DNA of 64,000 nucleotides from a virus. Shown piece after piece: positions 10,064 to 20,264 of the stretch. Below the pieces are notes generated by a model. It was not told where the DNA came from and did no database searches. It was given only the letters and a program-made list of their open reading frames with translations. The first letter of the stretch is position 1; each line of letters opens with the position of its first letter. Made by a program: the position numbers and the translations under genes. The stretch spans positions 1-64,000 of the IMG/VR virus record IMGVR_UViG_3300017917_003866; one strand, 5' to 3'.

Positions 10064-11686
10064 ATGGCTGCAGATATAAATATAAGAAAATCTATATTAC
10101 AATATAGAAATACTGATATATTTCTGGATGAGTTGAGTGTTATTGATACCTCTTCGCAGAGTGGAGACATACAAGCTAACGATCAAAAATCCGGGAATGT
10201 TCAGAAAAAATATTTCGGTACTGTAACACCCTTAGTTAGAATAAACACTGAGATAATAAGCGGTATAAAATACTTTAAATTGGATCTTACTGGATTTAAA
10301 CCTACATTAATTTTTAGATTTGAAACTATAGATGAAAGATTTATATCTACTTCATATCCAAAAGATGGTGATATAGTATCAATTTATATAAGACCATTTG
10401 GTGAAATGTTTAAGCCAATAAGAATGGATTTTATAATAAATGAGGTAATAGCTCCTTTTAACGGTGGGCCTTATACAGATTATACACCATCTACTGGTAA
10501 ATATCAATCTTACACTATTATGGCTGAGGTTAGAATACCTAAGCTTTATAAACACATATCTAAAAGCTTTAAAGGAAACAGCTCTGATGCTTTATTGAAA
10601 ATATCGGAGGATCTAAACTTAGGATATGCTTCTAATGAGACTAAAACTAAGGATTCTATGAATTGGCTATCTCCTAATTTGGATTACCAGACTTTAATAA
10701 GAGATATAGTAAATAATGCTTGGCTAGGGGAGGAGGATTATTTTGATTGCTGGATAGATCAATATTATAATATAAATTTAGTAAATCTAAAAAAACAATT
10801 CGATGATGTAAATCCTAGCATAGATACCATGAGGGTAGCATATGGTGCTGACTCTTTTGGTGATGTATTTCCTGGAGGAGGTGCTCCTGAAACATATGAG
10901 GTAGAATTTCCACTTCTTCTTACCAACTCAACTGAATTTAGTAAATCCCCTCTTTTTATTAGTGATATGTCATTAGAACAAAATGCGGGAAGTATAAATA
11001 AAGATCTTGGATATTTTCAGAAGATACAGTTTTATGACACCAAATTAGTTTCTGATAAACCGAAAAATAAGTTTGTAGAGTATGACGTAGAATCAGTTAC
11101 TAATAAAAATCTAGGATCTAGGGATACTATAAACAAGGGTAGATTGGGAGAAAATATTTATAAAGAGGAAATAAAAAAGACGTACGTTGGAACAATGTAT
11201 TTCGATAACGTTCATGAAAATTTTCAACAAGCTTCTACCCAAAATATTTTAAATAGAAATGATTCTTATAAAATAATACTTAGAGTTAAAAATAGAGCAT
11301 GGACTCCTTTTTTGTACAGAGGACAAACTTTCCCAGTAGCTATTTTTTCCGAGGGCAGCACTACTGCTAGTTCTTCCTCTACCTACAATCCAGTAGGAAA
11401 ACAAAACTCATCCTTAGCAAACAACCCAGAAAAAAGAAATATTAACGCATTTCTTTCCGGTAATTATGTTGTATTAGGATTTACTATAGAATACGAAGGT
11501 CAAGGAATATACCAGACGATGATCTTAGGCAAAAAACAATGGGCCCTTAATCCTGGTCTTGATTCTGAACCAATAGCTCTAGATCCTAAGATATTTGATG
11601 CTGATTTTAACGATCTTGCTAAAAACGTTTCGTTTACAGTTCAACAAAATACCCAAAATCTTAAAAGCGACATATATAATACTTAA
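10064..11686 (+). CDS. Putative baseplate hub protein (gp27/gpD-like)
   Basis: Synteny between gp53-like and gp5-like genes; C-terminal FLSGNYVVLGFTIEY is typical of hub proteins. Confidence 0.5.
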   Translation: MAADINIRKSILQYRNTDIFLDELSVIDTSSQSGDIQANDQKSGNVQKKYFGTVTPLVRINTEIISGIKYFKLDLTGFKPTLIFRFETIDERFISTSYPKDGDIVSIYIRPFGEMFKPIRMDFIINEVIAPFNGGPYTDYTPSTGKYQSYTIMAEVRIPKLYKHISKSFKGNSSDALLKISEDLNLGYASNETKTKDSMNWLSPNLDYQTLIRDIVNNAWLGEEDYFDCWIDQYYNINLVNLKKQFDDVNPSIDTMRVAYGADSFGDVFPGGGAPETYEVEFPLLLTNSTEFSKSPLFISDMSLEQNAGSINKDLGYFQKIQFYDTKLVSDKPKNKFVEYDVESVTNKNLGSRDTINKGRLGENIYKEEIKKTYVGTMYFDNVHENFQQASTQNILNRNDSYKIILRVKNRAWTPFLYRGQTFPVAIFSEGSTTASSSSTYNPVGKQNSSLANNPEKRNINAFLSGNYVVLGFTIEYEGQGIYQTMILGKKQWALNPGLDSEPIALDPKIFDADFNDLAKNVSFTVQQNTQNLKSDIYNT

Positions 11687-11692
11687 AGGGAT

Positions 11693-14176
11693 ATGGCAGA
11701 TTTTTTATCAGATTTTAAAAGTGGTCCCTTAGGGAGTAAAATATTACCTAACGGAGATGCACTTAAAAGAAAAATAGACTCTAAGAGAGAAACGTGGTTA
11801 AAGGGTGTATCCTCTACTAAATTCGGAAAAAAGGAAGATCCTACATATCTTCATTTTAGATTTATTTTTGATTTTGCCGAAAGCTCCGACATGGATCCAG
11901 AGACTTTTCTTGCACCTTCTCCACTTTTTAAATCAGCATCTGCTGATGGTATAGGAGCGGCTTCCTCCGCAGCAACATCAGCTTTTACCTCTGGCGGTAC
12001 TCTTGAACAACAACAGGAAGCAATAAAAAATGCGGGAGTGAATGCTTCTAATTTTAACTTTTCATCTAGTACTGATTTTTTTTATGGTAGTAAATTTGTT
12101 ATAAATTCTATAGCACAGCAGGGGGCTTTTAATATAAATGGTGGTGGTGTAGGATATATGGGTGCCCAGAATTTTCTTGCACAAAGATCCACCAAAAGGA
12201 AACAAATGTTAGAGGCATTTAAGAAAGGATTGAGGTACATAAACGAAAAATGTCCTTATTATTTCCAATCCATCTCTGGATTAGATCAGATACTAAAGGT
12301 TGATATAAAGAACCTTCATAAAGCTGCTGGAAAGCCGCAAAGAATGGGTACATTATCTATAGATTGTTTAGAGTCTATAGATATGAGAATATTTGGATTA
12401 GCTGAGCTATATAGAAAAGCAATATATGATTACACTTATCATAGAGTAATGCTTCCTGAGAATCTTAGAAAGTTTAGGATGTGGCTAGTTATATCTGAGA
12501 TAAGAAACATACAGTTAACATATGGAATAAATGACGTATTGAATCCCTTTACTATACCATCAGTAGCGCAAGGTGCTAATTTTCTAGAGAGTTTTAATTC
12601 TCAAACAGGATTATTAGATAATGCTGCTGGATTATTACAAAAAAGTACAAACCAGGAAGAGGACCAAAATGGATCTTATGAATTAGGACCTTATGCTTTT
12701 ATTTATCAGTTTGATCAATGTGAGTTTGATTTTGATGAATCTTATCCTTCTTTTGGTACGATAGACAATAAGGGAGGAAGTGCAGTTACAAACAAGTTTA
12801 AAATCCATGTAGGACGGGTTAAAGATTATAAAATACAATTTAATTCTCTTTCCGATATAATGCAAAAGGATGATAACATAAAATCTATGGTTTTATCTGA
12901 TGTTTGGGGATCATTGAAAGAGGATTATGAGAATTATGATTATAAAGAAACGTCCGGTATAGAAAGTGCGACTTTTGATGATAAAGCAAACCCAGCTGAA
13001 TATTTTGCTCAATTAGCTTCTAACTTTATAACAAATAGTGTTGCGGATCTTAAGGATCAAGGAGTGCAGGTATTGCAAGGAGCTTTACTAGGAAATATTT
13101 ACGGATTGGGGGGATTTGATCCTAGAAGTCAATTTAGAAGCTATACTAATTTTGACGATATAAATGCTAAAGCTAGTCCTTTAAAAATACCCGATCCCCG
13201 TAAAGATAATAGTCCTCAAGGATCTGGATTAGGTGGGCCAGGCCAAAGACAATATCCGGAAATCAATGAAGATGCTTACACTGGAGTACCAAGTACGACC
13301 CAACAAAATCTAGGTACTGCATACAGTGGTACACCAGGCAACCCTGGGACTGCTAGTGGCGATGTTTATTCTAACAATCCTGGATCTGATTTAGGTTTAC
13401 CGGATAGACAATATCCTGCACCTGGGGGTGACGAATATAAGAATGTCCCTGGTTCTGATTCTGGTGTTCCTGGAAGAGTTTATCCCCTAGTAAAAGGAGA
13501 CGCTTATCCTACAAATCCTGGATCAGACTCAGGATTACCGGATAGACAATATCCTATACCAGGAGGAGATGAATACAACAATGTCCCTGGATCTAGTCTA
13601 GGAGTACCTAATAGAGTCTATCCTGAGCCTAATGATGATGCTTATCCAACTAATCCGGGAGCTGATCTAGGATTACCTGATAGACAATATCCGCCTATAA
13701 ATGAGGATGTTTATCCAGATTCACAATCGGTAGAAACTGATAATATAGGAAAGGTTTATTCTGATCCTAGCAATAGCTATGGTAATATAAACGAGAAGGA
13801 ATACGACGATTCACAGGTTGCTTCTTCAAATGAAAATATAGGTGACGTATATCCTGATACAGTAAGCAGGTATCCTGAAATAAACGAAAAGGTTTATAAA
13901 GAATCAAATGAGATAATAGATGAATCTCTAGGAGAAGTATATAAGGAAGTTAGGAATGTTTATCCTAGTGTTAATGATGCTCAATACGGAGATTCTATAA
14001 TACCTAACAACTCTTTAAATGAGGATGTTTATAGAAGAGTTCCTGGAAGAGATTTAGGAGCTCCTGGAAGAAATTATGAATCTATAAACGACGATCAATA
14101 TAATATTTCAAATAGACCTGTTAATATAGCTAATATAGGGAGAGTATATCCCTCATCAAAAAATGAAAACAATTAG
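11693..14176 (+). CDS. Putative virion/baseplate protein with a C-terminal Tyr-Pro-Gly-Asp repeat domain
   Basis: 827-aa ORF in the baseplate module; 23/46-aa repeats in the C-terminal third. Confidence 0.55.
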   Translation: MADFLSDFKSGPLGSKILPNGDALKRKIDSKRETWLKGVSSTKFGKKEDPTYLHFRFIFDFAESSDMDPETFLAPSPLFKSASADGIGAASSAATSAFTSGGTLEQQQEAIKNAGVNASNFNFSSSTDFFYGSKFVINSIAQQGAFNINGGGVGYMGAQNFLAQRSTKRKQMLEAFKKGLRYINEKCPYYFQSISGLDQILKVDIKNLHKAAGKPQRMGTLSIDCLESIDMRIFGLAELYRKAIYDYTYHRVMLPENLRKFRMWLVISEIRNIQLTYGINDVLNPFTIPSVAQGANFLESFNSQTGLLDNAAGLLQKSTNQEEDQNGSYELGPYAFIYQFDQCEFDFDESYPSFGTIDNKGGSAVTNKFKIHVGRVKDYKIQFNSLSDIMQKDDNIKSMVLSDVWGSLKEDYENYDYKETSGIESATFDDKANPAEYFAQLASNFITNSVADLKDQGVQVLQGALLGNIYGLGGFDPRSQFRSYTNFDDINAKASPLKIPDPRKDNSPQGSGLGGPGQRQYPEINEDAYTGVPSTTQQNLGTAYSGTPGNPGTASGDVYSNNPGSDLGLPDRQYPAPGGDEYKNVPGSDSGVPGRVYPLVKGDAYPTNPGSDSGLPDRQYPIPGGDEYNNVPGSSLGVPNRVYPEPNDDAYPTNPGADLGLPDRQYPPINEDVYPDSQSVETDNIGKVYSDPSNSYGNINEKEYDDSQVASSNENIGDVYPDTVSRYPEINEKVYKESNEIIDESLGEVYKEVRNVYPSVNDAQYGDSIIPNNSLNEDVYRRVPGRDLGAPGRNYESINDDQYNISNRPVNIANIGRVYPSSKNENN
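13361..13720 (+). repeat. Coding tandem repeat, 138-nt (46-aa) period built from 23-aa halves
   Basis: GGwTTACCkGATAGACAATATCC at 13394, 13532 and 13670; protein units such as DVYSNNPGSDLGLPDRQYPAPGG and DEYKNVPGSDSGVPGRVYPLVKG. Confidence 0.9.
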
Positions 14177-14198
14177 TAATATTTAGGTACAATTAAAA

Positions 14199-15104
14199 AT
14201 GGGATTAGTAGACAGAAATAAATTAGAGAAACCCAATACTGAGATATCTCATTATCTTGGTGTTGTTGTAGATAATAAAGACCCTGAGTTTAAAGGGAGA
14301 GCTAAGATTAGAGTTTTTGGTATTTTTGACGAAATAGCTGACGCAGATCTTCCTTGGGCTTATCAGAGATTCGAGCAGAGTTATGGACTCGGAGGTGGAT
14401 CTGGTAGGATATCTGTTCCTAAGCTTGGATCTGTAGTACACGTTCAGTTTAATAATGGGAACTATTATAGTCCCGAATATAAAGCTGTTCAGGAATTGTC
14501 TCCTGATTTAATAGACGAGATTAGAGCTAGCTATGACGGTGCTCATTCATTAATATATGACGGTATAGAAAGACTTAAAATGTATTATACTGTAGAGAAA
14601 GGATTAGTTATAGATCTGAAGGAATCTAAAATTATTATAAGAAATGATAATTCTATATTAATAACCCATGCTGATGATACTGCATCTATAGAATTAAAAG
14701 GAGGAAAAATAACCAAGTATGCGGATCAGGAAATAGAAAATACTGCAGTAACGAGGATAAAACATAGTTCAGAAGAAGTTTGGATGGACGGAAAAACTAC
14801 CAATCTAGGACACTCTCCTCTATTTTCTGCAGTATGTGCTGAGCCATTATGGGATTTTTTAAAAAAACTAGCTATATCAGTAGATAGCAAAATGCCAGCA
14901 ACCCCGGGAGTTAATTCAACATTAGCATCTAGTTTTGAACAATTGGCTACAAGTCAAACCGTAAGGGTTACTCGAGAGAATGCACCAGAATTTCCTGTAG
15001 TACCTCTTGACGCTAATTCCCCTGTAGGTATACCTAATTCGGGAACTAGTGGTACATCGGGAACTAGTGGTACATCAGGAACTAGCGGAATAACAGGAGT
15101 ATAA
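14199..15104 (+). CDS. Baseplate central spike, gp5/VgrG-like (OB fold plus short beta-helix, no lysozyme domain seen)
   Basis: YLGVVVDNKDPEFKGRAKIRVFG...LPWA...SVPKLGSVVHVQFNNGN is the Gp5 N-terminal OB signature. Confidence 0.85.
   Translation: MGLVDRNKLEKPNTEISHYLGVVVDNKDPEFKGRAKIRVFGIFDEIADADLPWAYQRFEQSYGLGGGSGRISVPKLGSVVHVQFNNGNYYSPEYKAVQELSPDLIDEIRASYDGAHSLIYDGIERLKMYYTVEKGLVIDLKESKIIIRNDNSILITHADDTASIELKGGKITKYADQEIENTAVTRIKHSSEEVWMDGKTTNLGHSPLFSAVCAEPLWDFLKKLAISVDSKMPATPGVNSTLASSFEQLATSQTVRVTRENAPEFPVVPLDANSPVGIPNSGTSGTSGTSGTSGTSGITGV
15039..15089 (+). repeat. (Ser-Gly-Thr)n coding repeat at the C-terminus of the spike protein
   Basis: 18-nt unit tcgggaactagtggtaca repeated; encodes SGTSGTSGTSGTSGTSG. 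Confidence 0.9.
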
Positions 15105-15105
15105 T

Positions 15106-18100
15106 ATGGCCGGGGATATAGGATCTAGAATAGATGATTTATTAGGGAAGGATTTTTCACAAATGTCTACCGAAGAGATATTAGGTATAATATCAGGTGG
15201 ACAAGATTTTAATATTCCTTATGAGGATTTACAATCAAAAGAGGGATTTGAAAAAGAATTAGAAAAGAGTCAAAAAGAAGTAGATTCTATAATAGAAAGT
15301 TTAAAACCACAGCCCCTTCCTATATCAATAAAAGACGTAGAGGATCTTTCTTGTAAATATGAGGGAGACGATTTATATAGCAGGATATTAATAGAATCTG
15401 TAAAAAAAGAAGATCCTAAATTATATAATGATCTTTTAAGATCTGATGAATATAGAAAGAATTTACCTATATCAGAGAACGATTTAGGTGTAAAAATACA
15501 AGGAGGAAGGGACTTAGGATTTTCTAAAAAAATACCATCTGAAGGGATTACTAAATATTTAAAAAAAAGAAAGCCTGATCTTTTACAAAAATTAAACGAG
15601 AAAATATTTGATAACCTTGATCCATTATTGTTAGGGAAACCTTCTAACTCTGGTTCTCGAAAAAAGAGAAAAATGAAAATATTGGGATTCGAGATCCCAT
15701 TAGAATTCATAATGAATAAAACTCAAATAGTACACGTTAAAATTGGTGGTGATGAGATAAGTATAGACGGGGCTTTAGAAAGAATAAATAGTCTTTTAAA
15801 AAAACAGAACGAAAATTCAAATCCTTGTGATTTTAAAGATATAGATGAAAATACACAATCCGAAAGGATAGATGGATTTGACTCTAATTTTTATCCTGAC
15901 GGGGATGATCCTATAATAGATGATGACTGTTTACCAGGAATCCCTGAAGATCCTATAACTGGAGATCCTATTTTAACTAAATCTAGTTTTGATGAATCTT
16001 TAGATGAATTTTGTGACCCTCCTATTTATGAATTTAAGAGAGAGGAAGTAAAAGATCCAGAACCCCCTTCTGTTGATGTAAATGCTATAGATGCTTGCGT
16101 TAATTCCGCTTTAGAGAAGAGTAAAAAACTAGAGGATGATGTAAAGGTATTAGCAAGGTGGCAAATGATAGAGAGAAACTTGGAAGAGATTCTTTATCAT
16201 TACGAAGCAATATACGAATATCAAAAATCATTATATGATAATTGGTTATCGAGAGTACCTAAAAACGAAGGAGGAGATCCTTCAGATTTTCAAATAGGTA
16301 TATCAATATTAACATACAACGATCAAATTTTGATATATCAGAAGGAGCTGATAAATCAAATACAAAATTACAATAACGATAAGACGGTATTTCTTAATAA
16401 CAATAATATATTTACCGAAAATCTTTTTCTTTTAGATGTTTATGATACGGAATTAAGCGATCCTGAACTTGAACAGCTTTTTAATGATCAGATAAATGCT
16501 GGTTTATCTCCTATTAATTACGATAATCTTTCACAATCATGGCCAATTAATGATGGTATTATTAAATTCAAGGAGAATGTAGAGGATATAAGATCTATAA
16601 TGATAGAGGGCAATTTTATATCTGTTATAGAAAATAAAATACAAGAAACGCAAGATTTACTTGATTCAGCAATATCTTCATTATCTGAAAAAAAAGGATC
16701 TCCAGTTTCTGTAGAAGATGTAGAAAAATCTTTTATTCCATCAAATACTGCAACATCTGATGTTTATGGGCAAGGCAATACAGCTCTTGACATAAACGCT
16801 AGGGTTTTTAAAAGTCCTTTAGAAATAACTTTAACCGGAACATCTTATACTTATGATTCGTACGGATACGATTTCTTAAAAGCATTAGAAGATTTTTCAG
16901 TAAGATATAAGACTAAATTTAATAAAGAATTAGGAGAGCTTCAGTTTGAATTATCTTTTGTTACTGATTATGGATCTCCTCTTCCGTATAAGAAAACAAA
17001 GAAACCATCTAAGATAAGCTTCACTGGGGCAAGCTCTGAACCATTATCAGAAGTAAATGAACCGGACGAGCAGAAGATAAAGATAGGAAATGAGCATGCT
17101 GATAATGGCGGATTACTAAGTGATTATTTTCCAGAGTATTTAAAGAGCTATCAATTCTTAAAGATAAAAAATATAAAAACTGGATTTCCTGACGTTGCTA
17201 AGTTTTATGATTTTATAGAAAAAATAATAAACACAAACGATTCTAAAGAAAGTATAATAGCTAAAATAGTAGAAGATAGAGGGATACTTTACGGGAATCT
17301 GATAGAGAAGTCCGCATCTAATTGGCTTTTTTTTACAGCTGAGGAAAGAGGCGATAATGATGCTAGGGATCCTTCTAAAACAAGACCTGCTAGTTTTACT
17401 GAAGATAGTGAACCTACTCCGGTATTTACAGATTTCTATAGTAACTTTAAAAATAAATGGAATTCTAAATATTTAGAAAATAAAAATGCCTATATAAAAC
17501 CAGCTTTAGATAATCTTAAGAATCAAGCTAGAAAAGCTGGAGAAGGGTTAGCAAAAACATTACCAGCTTCTGATGTTATAGGAATTAGAATTCTTGAAAA
17601 TTACCTGGACGTAAAGAAGAAATACGAGCAGATAAAAGAGATAATGCTTTTAGCTGCGCAAAAAATAAATGATGTAAATGAATCATTAAGTCCTGAGAAT
17701 GTAGAAAAAAGATTTTCTGATATAAAATGCGCAGGTGCAGATTCTCCACCAGCAGAAGATGATAAAGAAAATTGTCCACCTGTTTGTTGTGGTGAACCAG
17801 GCTCCGATTTTAAAAATGGTAATTATCTTATGTCTTCCCCTCCTAGCTCAGACTGTCCAACTATGTTTCAGAGATGCTGGTGGAAGCAGTTTTGTGAGGA
17901 CGTTACTAAAGTAGGTCTTTTGCCTTATCCTAATGGTTTACCTCCCATAGAGGATCCGAAGTATTTTTTATCTGCTGGACCTAGCGTTAGGTTGGGACTT
18001 AAATATTGGCCTGTTGGATATTTACCACCAGCTTTTATACCTATACCTTTTCCTAATCCTATAGATGGTAATCCTTACATAAGAATACCCCTTCCTATGA

Positions 18101-20208
18101 TTTGGACTATAGTTCCACCTATACTTATACCGCTTCCTTTTAATTTAGGTATGCTTGTTATTTTTATACCATTCATAGGTGGATTTATGCCTACACCTTT
18201 AGTTTACATAAAGGAATTTATAACGGGGAGTTCTTTATTTTTAACAGGTATTAGAGGTCCTAGATTTATCCCTAGAAAATCTGATCCTAAAATAAAAGAT
18301 CCATTAGAGAAAATAAAACAAGCTTTATCTTTCGGTATACCAGATAAACTAATACCTCTACCGGGATTCGGATTAGATAATTTAGATTCTGCTCCTAGAG
18401 TTCTAGGAGATATTAAAGCTAATCTTACAAAAATATTTGATAGCGTTCCCCCTCCTGGTAATTTACAACAGCTTAGGGATTTACAGAATAATGAAAGAGA
18501 ACTGAAAAGAAGAATAAAAGAAAAGGAAAGAGACTATAAAAGTAAATCTGCTTTATTAGATGTTCCTGAACCAGATATTTCTGCTGAGACTGAAGAATTA
18601 AAAAATATTATAAAACAGAGAAAGGATACTTTAAAATCTGTAATTAAAGACTATTTAAATAACAGTATACCAGATCCTAAATCTATATACTTTCCTAAGG
18701 ACAAAGATAAATTAAAAATAGACATTCCTGGTATAATAAAATCTCTTAGGATATTAAAAGAAATGAGAGCAAGCCTAGTTCCTGTTGATTGTCCCGATTT
18801 TATAAATTTCAAAGATGAAATGAGGGAGGTTTTAAAACTTATGCGTATAGTTTGTCCTCCTAAATACTTTTTAGAGAACTTTGAGGTAGCTAATTCTAGC
18901 AAAATATTCATGAGAAAGGATAAGGATCCGAGACTTATGACTGATGATGAATTTAGCGATCTAGTAAAACAGATAAGAGGTGTATCCCTTGTAATAACGA
19001 AAGTTATTCTTTGGGGAAATAAATTTTCAGTAATAAAGAAAGTAAGAGAGGGAGCTTTCTCGCCTATTGAAAATAGCGAATATGAGGGTGTTTTTAAATT
19101 TCCTGAAATAAAAATAACAAATTCAGCTCCCAAAGCACTTAAGTTTTTAAGAAAGAAAAATCCTATAATAGAGGCTATTAAAATAAGGATAATGGATGGA
19201 TTATCTAAAATAGAATATATCCCGGAGGATTTCTCTAGATATGTTAGATATGAAGGGGAAAATCCTATATTAGTTATAAGGGTTAAAGATCTAAAGAAAT
19301 TAGTTTCTAAAAAATTAGGATTAAGTAGAATAGGACCTTTTGATCCAATTAGACCACTAGACGAAGAAGAGCCATTAATATCTAGTTTCCCTTATCCCAA
19401 AGGACCTTTATCTTGTCTAGGTTCACTTAACGGAGGATTTGGTAATGCTGTAGCTGCTTTTGAGCTTCCTACGGTTTTTCCTTTGAAACAGGATCAGCTA
19501 ACACAAACTCCTGGGCTAGGCGGTATTATACAGGTTACTATTCCTGGATCTAAAGTAAAATCTTTTCTAACTGAATCTTTAATTAAGTCTTTAGACTCAG
19601 GAGCTCTTGAAGCTGCTTTCCCTGAGATAAATGATGTAAATTCTCCTAAGTTTTTAAATTTAGATCCTAATGATATACAAAAATTAAGTAAAACATTAGT
19701 TACTAATTTAATAAATCCGGAATCCCCTGATATACCTCCTTTCTTAAATATATTGAAGACACCTGTGTTTCCCCCTGCAAGGCCAACTGATATGATAGAG
19801 CAGGCTTTAATAGGATTAGGAGCACCTCCTCCTGCTAGGATAGTCTATAGTTTGTTCTGGGAATACTTTAAAAGTCTACCAAAAACTCCACTAGGAGATA
19901 AAATAGTGCTTCCAAAAATTAGTGCTTCCTCTGAATTACTAGCCAGAATACCTTGGCCTCTTGCGGTTCTTATAGGTAGAAATGTTTTAAATATATTAAA
20001 TCCTATAGCAATGAATGACGATCATCCCGTATGGAGAAGAATGAGTTTAAAGAATACATACTATGTTGTTTATATAGATGAATTTTTAAGAAGTGCAGCG
20101 GATGTTTCTGGATTGTTTAAGTTCTTTCTTGGATCTGCAGATCCGGTATATCCTATACCAGAACTCCCTTCTGAACTTAAAAAAGCTTTTAATATAAAAA
20201 AATATTAA
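15106..20208 (+). CDS. Large (1700 aa) hypothetical protein, probably virion-associated
   Basis: Starts 1 nt after the gp5-like gene; coiled-coil segments, a Cys cluster and a Pro-rich hydrophobic segment. Confidence 0.55.
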   Translation: MAGDIGSRIDDLLGKDFSQMSTEEILGIISGGQDFNIPYEDLQSKEGFEKELEKSQKEVDSIIESLKPQPLPISIKDVEDLSCKYEGDDLYSRILIESVKKEDPKLYNDLLRSDEYRKNLPISENDLGVKIQGGRDLGFSKKIPSEGITKYLKKRKPDLLQKLNEKIFDNLDPLLLGKPSNSGSRKKRKMKILGFEIPLEFIMNKTQIVHVKIGGDEISIDGALERINSLLKKQNENSNPCDFKDIDENTQSERIDGFDSNFYPDGDDPIIDDDCLPGIPEDPITGDPILTKSSFDESLDEFCDPPIYEFKREEVKDPEPPSVDVNAIDACVNSALEKSKKLEDDVKVLARWQMIERNLEEILYHYEAIYEYQKSLYDNWLSRVPKNEGGDPSDFQIGISILTYNDQILIYQKELINQIQNYNNDKTVFLNNNNIFTENLFLLDVYDTELSDPELEQLFNDQINAGLSPINYDNLSQSWPINDGIIKFKENVEDIRSIMIEGNFISVIENKIQETQDLLDSAISSLSEKKGSPVSVEDVEKSFIPSNTATSDVYGQGNTALDINARVFKSPLEITLTGTSYTYDSYGYDFLKALEDFSVRYKTKFNKELGELQFELSFVTDYGSPLPYKKTKKPSKISFTGASSEPLSEVNEPDEQKIKIGNEHADNGGLLSDYFPEYLKSYQFLKIKNIKTGFPDVAKFYDFIEKIINTNDSKESIIAKIVEDRGILYGNLIEKSASNWLFFTAEERGDNDARDPSKTRPASFTEDSEPTPVFTDFYSNFKNKWNSKYLENKNAYIKPALDNLKNQARKAGEGLAKTLPASDVIGIRILENYLDVKKKYEQIKEIMLLAAQKINDVNESLSPENVEKRFSDIKCAGADSPPAEDDKENCPPVCCGEPGSDFKNGNYLMSSPPSSDCPTMFQRCWWKQFCEDVTKVGLLPYPNGLPPIEDPKYFLSAGPSVRLGLKYWPVGYLPPAFIPIPFPNPIDGNPYIRIPLPMIWTIVPPILIPLPFNLGMLVIFIPFIGGFMPTPLVYIKEFITGSSLFLTGIRGPRFIPRKSDPKIKDPLEKIKQALSFGIPDKLIPLPGFGLDNLDSAPRVLGDIKANLTKIFDSVPPPGNLQQLRDLQNNERELKRRIKEKERDYKSKSALLDVPEPDISAETEELKNIIKQRKDTLKSVIKDYLNNSIPDPKSIYFPKDKDKLKIDIPGIIKSLRILKEMRASLVPVDCPDFINFKDEMREVLKLMRIVCPPKYFLENFEVANSSKIFMRKDKDPRLMTDDEFSDLVKQIRGVSLVITKVILWGNKFSVIKKVREGAFSPIENSEYEGVFKFPEIKITNSAPKALKFLRKKNPIIEAIKIRIMDGLSKIEYIPEDFSRYVRYEGENPILVIRVKDLKKLVSKKLGLSRIGPFDPIRPLDEEEPLISSFPYPKGPLSCLGSLNGGFGNAVAAFELPTVFPLKQDQLTQTPGLGGIIQVTIPGSKVKSFLTESLIKSLDSGALEAAFPEINDVNSPKFLNLDPNDIQKLSKTLVTNLINPESPDIPPFLNILKTPVFPPARPTDMIEQALIGLGAPPPARIVYSLFWEYFKSLPKTPLGDKIVLPKISASSELLARIPWPLAVLIGRNVLNILNPIAMNDDHPVWRRMSLKNTYYVVYIDEFLRSAADVSGLFKFFLGSADPVYPIPELPSELKKAFNIKKY

Positions 20209-20215
20209 TTTCTTG

Positions 20216-20244
20216 GAAATTTTAATGCAATTTTACACTACAAA
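20216..20244 (+). promoter_or_regulatory. Putative early/middle promoter GAAATT-N17-TACAAA
   Basis: Intergenic before the S1-like gene; same spacing as the sites at 5651 and 53061. Confidence 0.45.
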
Positions 20245-20264
20245 CAAAGATAAACCCAAATAAC

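Noticed and set aside
13394-13693. Three ~23-nt near-identical repeats at regular spacing, superficially CRISPR-like
   Set aside because: The period is 138 nt, the intervening sequences resemble each other, differences are at synonymous positions within an open frame, and no cas genes are present: a protein repeat.
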